Source: Alloascoidea hylecoeti
Lineage: Eukaryota
Assembly: GCA_001600815.1 (NCBI GenBank)
Contig: BCKZ01000006.1
Span: 372,001 to 436,000 of the forward strand
Direction of reading: 5' to 3'
DNA length: 64,000 bases
Below, in pieces: positions 1 to 12,358 of this stretch; the stretch's first letter is position 1; each line of letters opens with the position of its first letter. Made by a program: the position numbers and the translations under genes. The notes beneath the pieces were generated by a model. The model did no database searches and was not told the origin of the DNA. It saw nothing but the letters and a program-made list of their open reading frames with translations.

Positions 1-1248
1 ATCTCATTTATATATTAATATATTCGGTAATAAGTATCACATATATGGTATATATCGTTAAAACACATCCACAGTCATACACGGTCCTTTCAAGAATATC
101 ACCACATTTTTTATCTGTTTATGAAGTTTGTGGCTAATTTATTTTTTCTCATTAATATGCAGATATAACATCAATAGTATTGAAACTTTCTCACGTCTAT
201 TGTGTCATATTATTTATTTAATTTGATCCCCGATTGCAAATGCTAACTCCGGACCTACATCACAAGTTATAGTAATACGTATAGCTATATGATGAAGTTC
301 ATACTAGAATGATAGACCAATTTTGAATATATAATAGCTATTGATCAAACTAGCGGAAGCCAATATTTACATCAAATTCACGGAATAGTTTATTATAATT
401 ATTATCTAGAGGTTTACATGCGTGCACTTTATTCACCCTCTGTGGAAAGTTCAAGTCTCCAACTATATAAAATTGCAAATACCTGTGAAAATATCTACAA
501 GAACTTGAATTAATAGCTAATTAATGTTAATATAACGTACGTATTATAATAAATGCATCCGGTGTATCTGAATCTGATATCAAATATCTTAATTGTAAAA
601 TATCGATATCAGGTAATGGGGAATGTACCTGTAGACCATAATTATAGAGCTATAATTGATTATAAGTATAATATAAACTTAACTCAGCTAACGGATATAT
701 GTTTTATACAGCGTTAGCTATCTTAACAACAAAAAAAATCTAGAGAATAGAGATATATTTAGATCTCTACTTGGTCATGAAATTATAAGCTTAAAAATTT
801 AGTCTGGGGCAAACATATTGCTATTATATTACGAAACAAGGGTATGTGTAACATCAGTTTATCGGTTAAATTGAAAGCCCAGCGCTAGCGTTAGCTAAGT
901 GAATATCTTATATTATAAGGTTGAGCGATGCATATGGATGAACGGAGGATCATCATACCAGTCTTATATATATATAAGTATAGCTCTGGTAATTGTATAA
1001 TTTGTATATATCCATTATCTATAATTATAATTATTTCAGAGGCCAATATATGAATTAGAATGTTCTTCACAGTAATTGTGAACATTGTGCAACTTCGGAA
1101 ACTCCATCTGCAAGAAAAAATAAAGTCCACGGGTTCAGAGTCTTCAGACCAATGAAAGGAAAGAGATAACACATTCATTGTGATCGTAAGCTAGGGCAAG
1201 TTAATGGTATATATAAGAGATTGTGGAGAGCTGGGAATAAGCCGGCAA

Positions 1249-1398
1249 GTGGGGGTGGGGAGCATGAGAACTTCAATCTCCAATCCGAGGCATTTTGTAT
1301 TTTTCAGACGGACTCGGACTCCGAACCCCACGGGGCTGACTCATGGACCAGGCCAAATCTGGAAATATGCGGACTTTACTAACAGAAGATTCCTGGGG
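1249..1398. promoter_or_regulatory. Cluster of Mig1/CreA GC boxes (SYGGGG) upstream of MIG1
   Basis: GTGGGG at 1249 and 1255, CCCCAC at 1326 and CTGGGG at 1393 (with AT-rich 5' flank), within 150 bp of an otherwise AT-rich promoter. Confidence 0.5.
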
Positions 1399-1776
1399 TG
1401 TGCGCCGGATAATTTATTATGCACATATGCATGCATATAAGTGGACCCAACGCACTCACGGAAAAACCTCATGATGATAAATAAGAATATGCGGTTATGC
1501 GGGATGTCGGGTAATCGGACGCTCTTTTAAGAAACTCATGCGGGACAATTTTGACTATCTTATATACTCAATTAGCTGATTAAAACATTTATTTCTGAAG
1601 GATATCATTCGAATTCTTTTTTCTTCTTTCTTCGTCTCCCTTCAAGACTTAAAGTTAAAATTATTTCCCATCAAGATTTCATCTTACTACCACCTTGCTA
1701 GTCATCTGTGCTTCATAGACGTCTATAATTCAGATCTAAATCACACATACTTCTTTTTAGCATTTGACAACGGAAA

Positions 1777-3387
1777 ATGGAGGACTCAAAACGTCCTCAA
1801 AACGGGCAGGACTCTGAGCCGACTGAAAAAAAGGAGCAGCCAAGACCTTATAAGTGCACTACATGCTCAAAAGCTTTTCATAGGTTGGAGCATCTACATC
1901 GTCATATTAGAACTCATACTGGCGAGAAGCCCCATCATTGTCAATTTCCTGGTTGTGGGAAAAAATTCTCTAGATCGGATGAATTAACAAGGCACATGCG
2001 AATTCACACAAACCCTTCTTCCAGGAGAAACAAAAACGCAACCAATAATATGAATATAAGCGCTTTGAACCTTCAACATATTCAACCTATGGCCCTTTCC
2101 TACAATATTTCTATGCAACCTAATCTAAATCTAGACTATTTGAACTGGCAATTATACCAACAGCAGCTACAACAATCTCAGGGTCAAGTTCCCTCTCAAG
2201 TATCCCCTCGGGTAGCCATTCCGGGTACTATTCCACAAGGACAACCCATGCAGCAGGCATTTGGTTACCCTCAACCTATGATGTTAAATGGCCACCCAGT
2301 TTATTTAATGACACCAATTGTTAGTCAGCCACAAAGCACTTTTGTAACTGAACCCACACAAGTCCCTTCTGCCCCTCAACCTCAACCCCAGACTCAATTA
2401 TATGAGTCAAAGAGCAGTAGTGGTTCTGTTACTCCTATTCGTCTACCAATGATATCCTCAATGTCTCGGCAGTTGCCTGCTTTACAAGTATCGGATTTAA
2501 CTTCTCAAGATTCTAATAACAGCAACAACAACAATAATATTAATAATAACGGAAGTGGAAATGCTGTAACTTTCTCGATGTCACCAATACAGGAACCATC
2601 AAAAAAGGTTCATTCTTCAGCTTCTCAAGTATCTCTGACATCCCTAAATTCTACGTCATCGCCATCATTGACAAGTTATTTCTCAGGAAATTCTACTTCA
2701 AAATCAAATTCAAGCTCTACTGCAAGCTCGGCTATACAATCCAACGTCTCTTCTGCCCTTACTACTCCTTCTTCGTCTGTTAATACTAGTGGTTTATGGA
2801 TGAAGGAATTTTTAAACAATTATAATTTTCCTTCAGCGAACTCAAATAATTCTACCAATGGTAATATAAATGAATCCAGATCTGGGACAACATCTCCAAG
2901 TACTTATAGAACTCCCTCATCATCATCGTTATCTTCATATTCCCTTCATTCCCACAATCACAGCCATTGCCATTCACACACAGTTCTGTCTGGCTTACGT
3001 TTAACACCTTTGAAATCATCATCCCAAGCATCCTCAGTTACTCAAACATCAACTGCGCCACCAAGCTCGTCCAATTTTAATCCTTCTCTTTCTAAACCCG
3101 AACCATTGCTTCCATCTCTTCATAACCCCATAGATCCATACACATACATAAGAAATAAGAAGTCACGCCCTAATTCCCCCACATCAACAGTTCCCAATTC
3201 TCCTGATTTATTTGCTTCTGATTTTCATACAACTACACATCATAAATCAAGTATCAACAGTGTTAACGTGAGCCCTTTAGGAAGTCCTGATCAATCACCT
3301 AAATTAGGACCGAGAGAATTAACTAGAAATGTTGCAGATAAGGAGCATAGGGTTGCAATATCGGTATCTGATTTGATTAACAAATGA
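1777..3387 (+). CDS. MIG1: Mig1/CreA C2H2 zinc-finger glucose repressor, 536 aa
   Basis: Two C2H2 fingers ([27 protein letters not shown]....[17 protein letters not shown]) and the conserved [11 protein letters not shown] segment; Ser/Asn/Gln-rich linker. Confidence 0.93.
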   Translation: MEDSKRPQNGQDSEPTEKKEQPRPYKCTTCSKAFHRLEHLHRHIRTHTGEKPHHCQFPGCGKKFSRSDELTRHMRIHTNPSSRRNKNATNNMNISALNLQHIQPMALSYNISMQPNLNLDYLNWQLYQQQLQQSQGQVPSQVSPRVAIPGTIPQGQPMQQAFGYPQPMMLNGHPVYLMTPIVSQPQSTFVTEPTQVPSAPQPQPQTQLYESKSSSGSVTPIRLPMISSMSRQLPALQVSDLTSQDSNNSNNNNNINNNGSGNAVTFSMSPIQEPSKKVHSSASQVSLTSLNSTSSPSLTSYFSGNSTSKSNSSSTASSAIQSNVSSALTTPSSSVNTSGLWMKEFLNNYNFPSANSNNSTNGNINESRSGTTSPSTYRTPSSSSLSSYSLHSHNHSHCHSHTVLSGLRLTPLKSSSQASSVTQTSTAPPSSSNFNPSLSKPEPLLPSLHNPIDPYTYIRNKKSRPNSPTSTVPNSPDLFASDFHTTTHHKSSINSVNVSPLGSPDQSPKLGPRELTRNVADKEHRVAISVSDLINK

Positions 3388-6056
3388 AAAAAGAAAAAAA
3401 ATTAGAAATAATTTTGCAAAGACAAGAACAAACAGATGCGTTTGAATCTAGACTTAATTAGTTTCTATCTACGTATGCTGGAACAGTACGTACGAGTGGC
3501 GTGGCTATGGATATCCATCTTGTGATGGTTTTTCTAATAATAATATTGTGCTTGTTGGGAAAAATATCTCAAACGGTTGACCGTTCCATATTTTACCTAT
3601 ATATTCACAAATTCTTGGATATTATTATATTATGATCATCTCTCATATTCATATTCTAGATTCTTTTGTTAATTGATTAATTGATGGATTTTATTTCGAC
3701 GTTTTTTACTAATCTTTTTTATCTAATCGATGATTGAAAAAAGAAAATCCGCACATCTCTCATGCAATCTCACCTGATACAAAAAACAAGAGAGAGAAAG
3801 CACTTATTTTATTTTTAAAAATCATTCTTTAAATTATACAACCTTCCATCGATTACATATCTGCATCTATGATGTATAATTGATATTATATTGTATATAT
3901 TATTGATGTTGATGTTTTTCCTATTGTTGCTCTTTTTATCTATTTATTATTATTTTTATATAATTCATATCTGGGGATTCTAAAATAGACTTCTTTTTTT
4001 TCTCTTCAATATTGATTTGATTTTGGTTACATTATGCTTATGCTTTTTTGGATACAGTTTAGATAGATTAATGTTATAAATGTTTTACAATTTGACACAT
4101 CTACCGATTTTGAACTTAGATACTAAAGATATATGTAAATATAGATTGATGTTAAAGGATTGTAATTTTAACCACCAGACAAGTATTGGTTTGTTAACGA
4201 ACTCAATCAATGTAGCCATAACGACGGTTATCGTACGTAAGTGACTTCAAATGATGACTCGTTATCTTTTTATTTCAGGTATCAATGTACACTTTGTGTT
4301 TAATTATTCATAATTATAAATTTAACATCTAATATTTTGACTCATAAAAGCGGTCTAAAAAAACTGTTGAACCTATAAGGCAATCGATTTCTATATGTAG
4401 TACTATGTATGTACCCTACCTGCTAGATCCGTACTGTAGCTTTAATACATAAATAAATCGAACTTAATTAATTACAAATTTTTGAAAACTTTACCATTTT
4501 TATATATTGGAATCATGCCAATCTTAGTACTAGTTTATTATTCGTTCCCTGTTCTTGAAATCATAATAGACTACCAATACCTAATACCTAGGCGTCCTAC
4601 TAAAATTATAAATCTGAAATATATAGGTCTGGGGTTTTCTATTATAGCTGAGAAAGACTTATAAGGAATATAATAATAAGTTATAGCTAGAACAAATATT
4701 TATCTATGAATATGCAAATATATCTTTGTGTGACTAATAGAGTTTTCTATATATTTAAACTTTAATGAATGCCAAATCCAAAAATCCCAAAACACCTTTG
4801 GTATGACTAAATATTTTGTGTATTCCTGTTAATTAATCACTTAATACTTTAATATAAATTTATATGATATAAGGCCTTATATAAAATAGTTGAATCAAGT
4901 AACCCAAATAGAGCAACAGCTAATAGTCTTCTTCCCTAATTTGAGGAATTAAAATCAGAATTTGAGGATTTCAAAACTGAGATCAATATTTAATAAACTC
5001 TCGAATAAAATTAGCATGTTGTAGGAAGTGTAGTCAACATCATGTAAAGCTGACAAGGATCCAGTATTGGATAAGCCAAATTTCAAACCTATTAATTCTA
5101 ACTTTGATTACTTTATTATCTGTTATTGTTGCTAAAATATTAATGTTAAATATGCTTGATGATAATGAATTAATGATATATTTCGTCTTGCAATTGAATG
5201 AGCGCTCAAAAGAAAATTTAATGGCGGCAATCTTTCGGATTGCGAAAATATGCTGCAATCTTTAATATAGGTCTCAGAAGAGTCGGTATTACTTTCAGAT
5301 TTGTCAATATAAAAACATATCTATGGCATATAAGGCTCCCCGCGGCATTTCTCCATGGGGAATCGGGGGTATGTAATGTTATGTATTAAACCCATGATCA
5401 AGTATTATGAGCGATATTTATAATTAATTACTGATTTCCAATTCACATCCCCCCAATGCCCTATATTATATAATTAATATATATGACAGCTTGAATCTTT
5501 TTTTTTTTATTGTTTTATTTTTTCAATTGTGTTTCTAATTTTTTAATTTCTAAACTTCCTTTAGATATTAAAATTCCCCCGATGGTCCAGTCCATTATTA
5601 TTTCATTTAAATTTTGTGGTGTCCCTGCATATCTGTAAGTAAGCTTATATGCATAGCTATAGGCTATACATATACGCACTTCTCCATAATTCTAATGCCT
5701 TTTCTATTAATTAGCCCTTCTTTTCAATCTTTTTTTCTTTGATATATTTAACATCAATTTTTTGAGTTCTTCTCTGTCAGTTCCTGGCTTTTTTCTTTTT
5801 AGTATGTTGTAAATCATTTTTTCCTTTTCTCTTTTAACTTTGCAATTGGTTTTTAACTTTACGTACCCATATTGTTACACATATCTAATTTGTACCAGCA
5901 CCTTTTTGCTTGTTTATTTAAGTGAATCATGTGGGCTGCTGATACTAGGCTGAACAGATGAATACATTGTGTTTCCTCTAAGTTCTTCTTGTAAGCGTTT
6001 TTTGATGTTGCAGGATCATTAGTCAACAATAAGGTCTGTACGGAAAGAAGGACATT

Positions 6057-6128
6057 TCGGCAATAGTTTAGTGGCTAGAATTTCCGCCTGTCACGCGGGG
6101 GACCGGGGTTCAATTCCCCGTTGCCGAG
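6057..6128 (+). tRNA. tRNA-Asp(GTC), 72 nt, no intron
   Basis: Acceptor stem TCGGCAA/TTGCCGA plus discriminator G; anticodon loop CT-GTC-AC in stem TCCGC/GCGGG; T-arm GGGGTTCAATTCCCC; T-run just downstream. Confidence 0.95.
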
Positions 6129-7120
6129 AAGATTTTTGTTAAAAAAATAATGTATGGAAAAATCAAATCTCTGGGACCTCCGTGGCTCAGTGGGAACAAA
6201 AAGAAGAAAAAACTGTGGTTGTTAGATCGAATGTTTTGCATCAATCTACTAGCTATGCATAGGTAAAAAAATTCGAAACCTATTCATTATATTTTTTTCA
6301 ATTTCTATACACTAAGAATTTATTTGTCCGCATAGGAAGGATTTTAGTAGATATGGCTTAAAGTTGAGTCCCATACGTGGGAATTGCGCACCCTTAAACT
6401 CCCCCATGGAATCCATGGTTTTCCTTAGCTTTTCCTGGGATCATAGCGTAAAGTGGTCGACCATCCAGTGTCCACGTTCCTCGAATGAGTATAGGAACAG
6501 TACAACAACTACTCAGAGATCGGCACTTATAATTAATGCTGTATTTTATTTTTTTATACACTCCGGGAACATGAACTCCATACTTTGTAAGATGCAATAG
6601 TATTTACGTGGGTGATGGATATTTTAGACTGTTATAGTATAATAGCGCTGTTTCCAGCACATCTGGTTCTAGATATCTAGCAAGGTAATAAAAATTGCTT
6701 ACTAACTTATAATACACCCCTGAGCAAATGCACGTTCTTCCATAAACGTATTCCGACACCAATAACCCGATGGGGTATAAAAGAAAAACTTTATAACCTA
6801 ATAGATCTGACAGTTGTCACTTTTCATCTCAGTACCACCAGCAAGATCCCAGGCTCTCTGATTCCAAATGGTCAAAGATTAAGCTATGGAACTAGTGTTC
6901 GACTAGTGTTCGAAAGTTTTTAGGAAAAAGTTTTGTTGCGTCCTGAATGCATGTGTGTGCGGCGCTGTGCATGTAGCACTAAACATACTCCGATATTTTT
7001 TTTTGGAGGTGCGCGTCGGTTAACGCCCGTAAAAAGAGTAAAATAAATAGTTTAATTCAGAGCTATGGCCACTTATAAAAAAAAACCGTTTTTCTCAACA
7101 CTCTTAACGATTAAAATAGA

Positions 7121-8053
7121 ATGTCTGAATCAACGAATGAATATGAAAAGGAAGTATACCCACACGCTTGGGCCAGAATAAGAGCTGAATACATTGATTA
7201 CTTAGCTGAATTTTGGGGTACATTTGTCATGATCTCATTCGGTGATGCCGTTGTCGCTCAAACTAAAATGAACACAGGAGCTGGTGACTATCTATCAGTT
7301 GATTTGATGTGGGGAATTGCCGTAATGCTCGGTTTCTTTGCCAGTGGTGGCAACTCTGGTGGTCATTTGAATCCAGCCGTTACTGTTGCATCTGCCACAT
7401 TTAGAGGATTTCCTTGGAAAAAAGTTCCTGGATATATGTTTGCCCAGTTCTTTGGTGCTTTTCTTGCCGCTTTTCTTGTATTTGGAACCTATAAATCAAA
7501 CATTGACAACTTTGAAGGCCATGGAATAAGAACAGTCACCGGTGATACCGCAACTGCTGGTATCTTCTGTACTTTTTCTAAACCATACTTGACAAGAGGG
7601 GCCCAATTTGTTTCCGAATTAGTTGCTAGTGCTTTCCTGCAATTTGGTATTTTTAGTATAACTGATAACTACAATGCTGGTGCAACCGCTGCCACATTTC
7701 CTTTTGCTTTAATGCTTTTGATTACTGCTATTGGTGGCTCATTTGGTGTCCAGACGGGTTTCGCTCTGAATATGGCAAGAGATTTAGCTCCAAGAGTTGC
7801 TGCTACCATCCTTGGATATGGTGGAGAAATGTGGTCACAGGGTGGATACTACTTCTGGGTTCCAATTGTCGCTCCCTTCCTTGGAACATTTATTGGAGGT
7901 GGTCTATACGATATTTTCTGTTTTAAAGGCAAAGAATCGCCAATAAATCAGCCAGGATTGGGATTCAAAAGGGAACCTGTATTGCCTATAAATTCACCTA
8001 ATGACTACAGCTTGGAAACAAAAATCTCAAAACCACAGCAATCAAGCCTATAA
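7121..8053 (+). CDS. Aquaglyceroporin (MIP family, GlpF/Fps1-like), 310 aa
   Basis: AEFWGT helix 1, SGGHLNPAVT loop B, TAGIFCT, and loop E GFALNMARDLAPR carrying the aquaglyceroporin Asp after Arg; six hydrophobic segments. Confidence 0.93.
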   Translation: MSESTNEYEKEVYPHAWARIRAEYIDYLAEFWGTFVMISFGDAVVAQTKMNTGAGDYLSVDLMWGIAVMLGFFASGGNSGGHLNPAVTVASATFRGFPWKKVPGYMFAQFFGAFLAAFLVFGTYKSNIDNFEGHGIRTVTGDTATAGIFCTFSKPYLTRGAQFVSELVASAFLQFGIFSITDNYNAGATAATFPFALMLLITAIGGSFGVQTGFALNMARDLAPRVAATILGYGGEMWSQGGYYFWVPIVAPFLGTFIGGGLYDIFCFKGKESPINQPGLGFKREPVLPINSPNDYSLETKISKPQQSSL

Positions 8054-9232
8054 CTATGATTACAAATTTAATTAATATCATTGTACTTTGAAATTATCAT
8101 CCTTAATATTTATTTAATAGAATGCAATAGAGGGAATCTTTATTATTAGCACTTATATCTATAATTTATCAAAACACTGTTATATATTGAACAACCTCTA
8201 AAAGATTAGATATTTCTAATGAGACTTTTTATGAACAAATATAGACATTGATTTTAACTTCCTAAATGGGACTCCAAAAAAAGTTTTTGTTGTCTTAATG
8301 TATATAATTATTTGTTTGTTACGTTTTTATCATTTATACTTCTTATATACTGTTCAATTTCAATAAAACTAATTATAAATCCTTTAACTTTAAAAAAAAA
8401 TCTGCCTCCCCGTGCAGTGGTTGAATGAATTTCTTGTCGACGGATTCAAAATATTTAATACGCGTACCAAAATAAGGAATGACGAAAGCTTCTCCTCAGA
8501 TTCAAATAAATAATATTCTATACTCTGTAAGTTTGTATCCATTATGTATATTGTAAAACAAAGTAATCATTAAAGCAATCTTTGTCTTCAATTATTATCC
8601 TTTTCTAGTTTAATATAATTTAATCACATTTATAAAGTTATCCGTGATATACAATCTACGTGTAGTGTTCTTTTAATAAATAAGAATCTATATATAAATT
8701 TTTGAGCTCATTAAGAATTTTTTGAATATCAATATGCATACAAACTTTTATTACCAAGATTAGTAAAGCATGCTGATTCACAATTCCACCAATGAGTTTC
8801 TTTTTCTCAGAAAAGGTAGTTTGATTTTATTTATAGTATATCAATTTCACTTTTAAGTTAATGCAGTTTATTTATCAATCTGTGATGTGGCAGGTTGATA
8901 ATATTTTTATTGTCTGACCAATTCAAGGTTAATATAAAACTTTAAATATGGAACTCTCCACAGATTCTCCACAGTCTCCACCCGCTCTTGAGGGTGAGTT
9001 GAGTTTACATAGCTACTTATAAGTTAGTTACAATCAATCATGAATGATAGATACATAAACGTATAGTAGAAGAATTAAACCTAGTTAAGCAATAATTACG
9101 AGTTTTGAAAAATAACCCTTTTTTATATATTTTGTTAAAGTTCATAGTGCCTGTTCTCCCAGTTGCGCCAAAAAGCCAATCGACTCTTTAGTGAACTGTT
9201 CCAAGAGTGTAATATATCCAACATATTTTTTA

Positions 9233-10794
9233 TTATAACTTTGTAAAACGTAACTTCAAGTTTAATGGACATAATGGTCCCCCAGATGTCATTTTATCGT
9301 GCCATTCACTATCCAATTCCCATTTAAAATGTTTGACTAATTCAATAATTAACAGTTTTGATTCCAGTAAAGCAAATTTTTCACCCATACAAGACCTTGA
9401 ACCACCATGAAATGCTATTAATTCGGCATTTCTTTTTGAATTTTTATATCTTTCATTAATTTCACTAATAGTTTTACCCCATCTTAAAGGATTGAATTTC
9501 TCTGCGTCAATACCCCAATATTCTTTATTTCTACCTGTTGAAATACATAAATATCCAACAAATGTGTTACCAGGTATAATATGATGATTCAAATTCGTTA
9601 TTTTGGATGTTTTTCTATTTATGATTTGTGATAACGGTGGTAAATATCTTAATGTTTCGTAAATAACTGAGTTCAAAATAGGTATATTTGTCATTTTTAT
9701 CTCATTATTATTATCTCTCTCAAATTTTTTAACTTCAGTTCTAACTTGCAATTGATATTCTGGATATTTACCTAGAATATACAGTAATGAAGTTAACAAT
9801 AGTTGAGGATTTTCATGTCCCGCGACAAAAATAATTAATGCGTTATCTTCATATTGTTTCTTTGTGATTTTACCGGTTTCATACGCATCAGTTAATAAAT
9901 CACCGACCGATTTTTCGCTTAATTTAATACTACTTTTCTCTTCATGTTGATCGCTTATATCTTTCTCTTTTAGTAATTGAATAAGGTCATTCTTTAATTG
10001 ATGAACCGCTTTACGAGTTTTATTTCGATGTGGTAAAATATCGAGTATTGGAAAGTTTAAATATAGTGGTTTAAAAACTTCTTTTTTGACTGAAAGTTGT
10101 TGAACATGAAGGGGAGCATTTGGAATTTCTAATGTCTGTGTTAAAATAAGAGTTTATGTTAGTGATACACCTTTAAACTTGAATTACTTATAATATGACA
10201 AACCCTAAAATTAACTCCTAATAGAAATTCACCCACATTGGCTAAACAATACCTTTGTAAAAGTGGAGAGATCAAAAAGCCTCTATTCTTATTTTGTTCA
10301 TGATCATCACTTCCTTCGTTTTCGATAAGTTCAATTAATCGATTAACATTTTTAAGTATTAACTTCTCTTCAATACCTTTTACTAAGCCAGATTTTATAA
10401 TATTTCGATAAATTTTCCAATCATTTCCATGGGCGCTTATAACATTATCACCAGTATAATCAGCTAAAATACTGTATGGGATTTTTTTTTGATTACCACA
10501 TTTTTCAAATATCTGTATCTTTTTAAAAATTTCTTGTAAAAATTTTGGATCACTTATAATGATATTCCAACGTGAACCAAAATAAATTTTGGCTGCTCCA
10601 TGTTTTTCTAATGGTACTTTCAAATATTTTAAATAAATATCAACTTGATCAATATTTAGAAAAAAAGGTAAAAATGTTACATAGAATGGTATTGTTGGTA
10701 AATCTGATGGAAAATCATTTGGCGGCAAGATTAATTTATATAGTCCATAAAAAATTATAGAAACAGCGATTAGTAAAATCATTTGAAGGATCAT
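9233..10794 (-). CDS. DIT2: Cytochrome P450 CYP56 (N-formyltyrosine oxidase, dityrosine synthesis), 2 exons, 497 aa
   Basis: Exons 10794-10204 and 10135-9233 join in frame across a 68-nt intron (GTTTGT...CACTAAC...CAG, 10203-10136). Motifs: LPTIPFYV, I-helix AGHENPQLL, ETLR, FNPLRW, heme ligand FHGGSRSCMG and C-terminal MTSGGPLCPLNLKL. Confidence 0.9.
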
Positions 10795-11437
10795 TTTTAA
10801 TATAATTTTAGTGATTCCAATAATTGTTGTGGCTTGAAATGATTTTAATGAATGAAGAAGCTTTGTAATTTCGATGAGGTAAAGAATAATTAGAATTTAT
10901 CATGGAAGTTTTACATAACAACAATAAAACAAAACAAAAAAATAACGTTTGTTATTAATTATAAGTTATACCGGTATATTTAAAATTTTAAGTGTGGAAA
11001 ACTCTCAAGTAGAGTTTATGGCAACAGCAAATAAACTTAGACACGAATTAGTATCATATAGCTATATTAATGAAGTATACATTTTTTGGGGTTGGAATAA
11101 CTATAGTATAAAGATTATAAGCCTATAAAATAGGGAGTTGACCTTTTAAGATAAGAATGGTTAATTGCAACAAGGAAGCTAAAAAAAAGAAACGATTCAA
11201 CTTTATCGGTATTATGGAGATAGTACAGAAAGGAATATAATTGAAATTCAATTTAAAAGCTTGATCTTTCTAATAATATTCTTTGGGTCTAATATGAATT
11301 GACGCAATGAAAAATAAATTAAATCAAGTTCAGTTTTATATGATATGATCTCACCCATATCTCCACAAAATTTACTATTCCATACTTAGAAGGATATTTA
11401 GGATTGACAACATTGTAATGAACAAGCTAGATTATTT

Positions 11438-11818
11438 TTAAGCCAAAGCAATGGCTTCAATCTCGATTTCAAAACCTGCCGGTAAACTTTTAACAGCAAC
11501 ACATGATCTTGCTGGTTTATGGGTGTTGAAAAACTTTCCATATACTTCATTGACCTGACCAAATTGATCTATATCAACGAGAAAAATATTGATTTTGACA
11601 ATTTTATCGAGTGAGGAACCTGCGCCTTCAAGTACGTTCTTTAAATTAGTCAGTGTGATATCTGTGGCAGTTTTTATATCACCTTTTACAATAGAGCCAT
11701 CCAGTTTCAAAGGGCCTTGACCAGAAACATAAACAGTACCATTGGCCTTGATTGCTTGACTATATGGAGCGAGAGGAATTGGAGCCTTATCAGTGGAAAT
11801 GTATTCAATTTTTGACAT
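11438..11818 (-). CDS. RidA/YjgF/UK114 2-iminobutanoate/2-iminopropanoate deaminase (Hmf1/Mmf1-like), 126 aa
   Basis: ATG at 11818. APYSQA, VYVSGQ, PARSCVAVKSLP and EIEIEAIA motifs. No mitochondrial presequence, so probably the cytosolic type. Confidence 0.93.
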   Translation of the reverse strand: MSKIEYISTDKAPIPLAPYSQAIKANGTVYVSGQGPLKLDGSIVKGDIKTATDITLTNLKNVLEGAGSSLDKIVKINIFLVDIDQFGQVNEVYGKFFNTHKPARSCVAVKSLPAGFEIEIEAIALA

Positions 11819-11883
11819 TGTAGATATGTGAAATAGCAAAAAGAAAGTTAGATTGTAAATATCTCTTATATAGTTTAAAAATA

Positions 11884-11891
11884 GTCACGTG
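11884..11891. promoter_or_regulatory. Cbf1-type E-box (GTCACGTG) in the divergent RidA / ankyrin-BTB promoter
   Basis: Perfect RTCACGTG 66 bp upstream of the RidA ATG. Confidence 0.45.
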
Positions 11892-12358
11892 TATGTACAC
11901 TTTTTCGGGATTTATTTGCTATCATCAACAGATCCTCTGTCGGAAAATACAGTATTGCCCTTAACAGGAGAACTAGATAAGTAGATCAACTTTGCCATAT
12001 CGCAATTTCTAAGCGGTGTGTGTGTGATTGATCATCATACGAAAACGAATCTCACAGTGGAAGCTATTCCTCGTGCGGGGAGGAGAACCCGATCACGAGG
12101 ATTTGTATGATCCGATCCTAAGTTGTGTTTAGAGAAAAAACAAGCTGGAATTTCTCAGATGAGTGTCCCAGAATTCCTCCAAAAACCAAAAAATACCAAG
12201 TGTGGAAATTTTTCTTACACAATGAGATAGCTTTAGCTGTGCAGAGGGTTCTTTCTAGTAGAAAAGTTAATTTAATTGCGGTTCACGTAATTATGAGAGT
12301 GTTTGGAGGTATATGTAATTGTATACAATGGCGAATATTTTAAACGGAAAGTATCATA

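Noticed and set aside
6174..6240. tRNA-like fragment (GACCTCCGTGGCTCAGTGG...GATCGAAT) downstream of tRNA-Asp
   Set aside because: A-box-like only; cannot fold an acceptor or anticodon stem.
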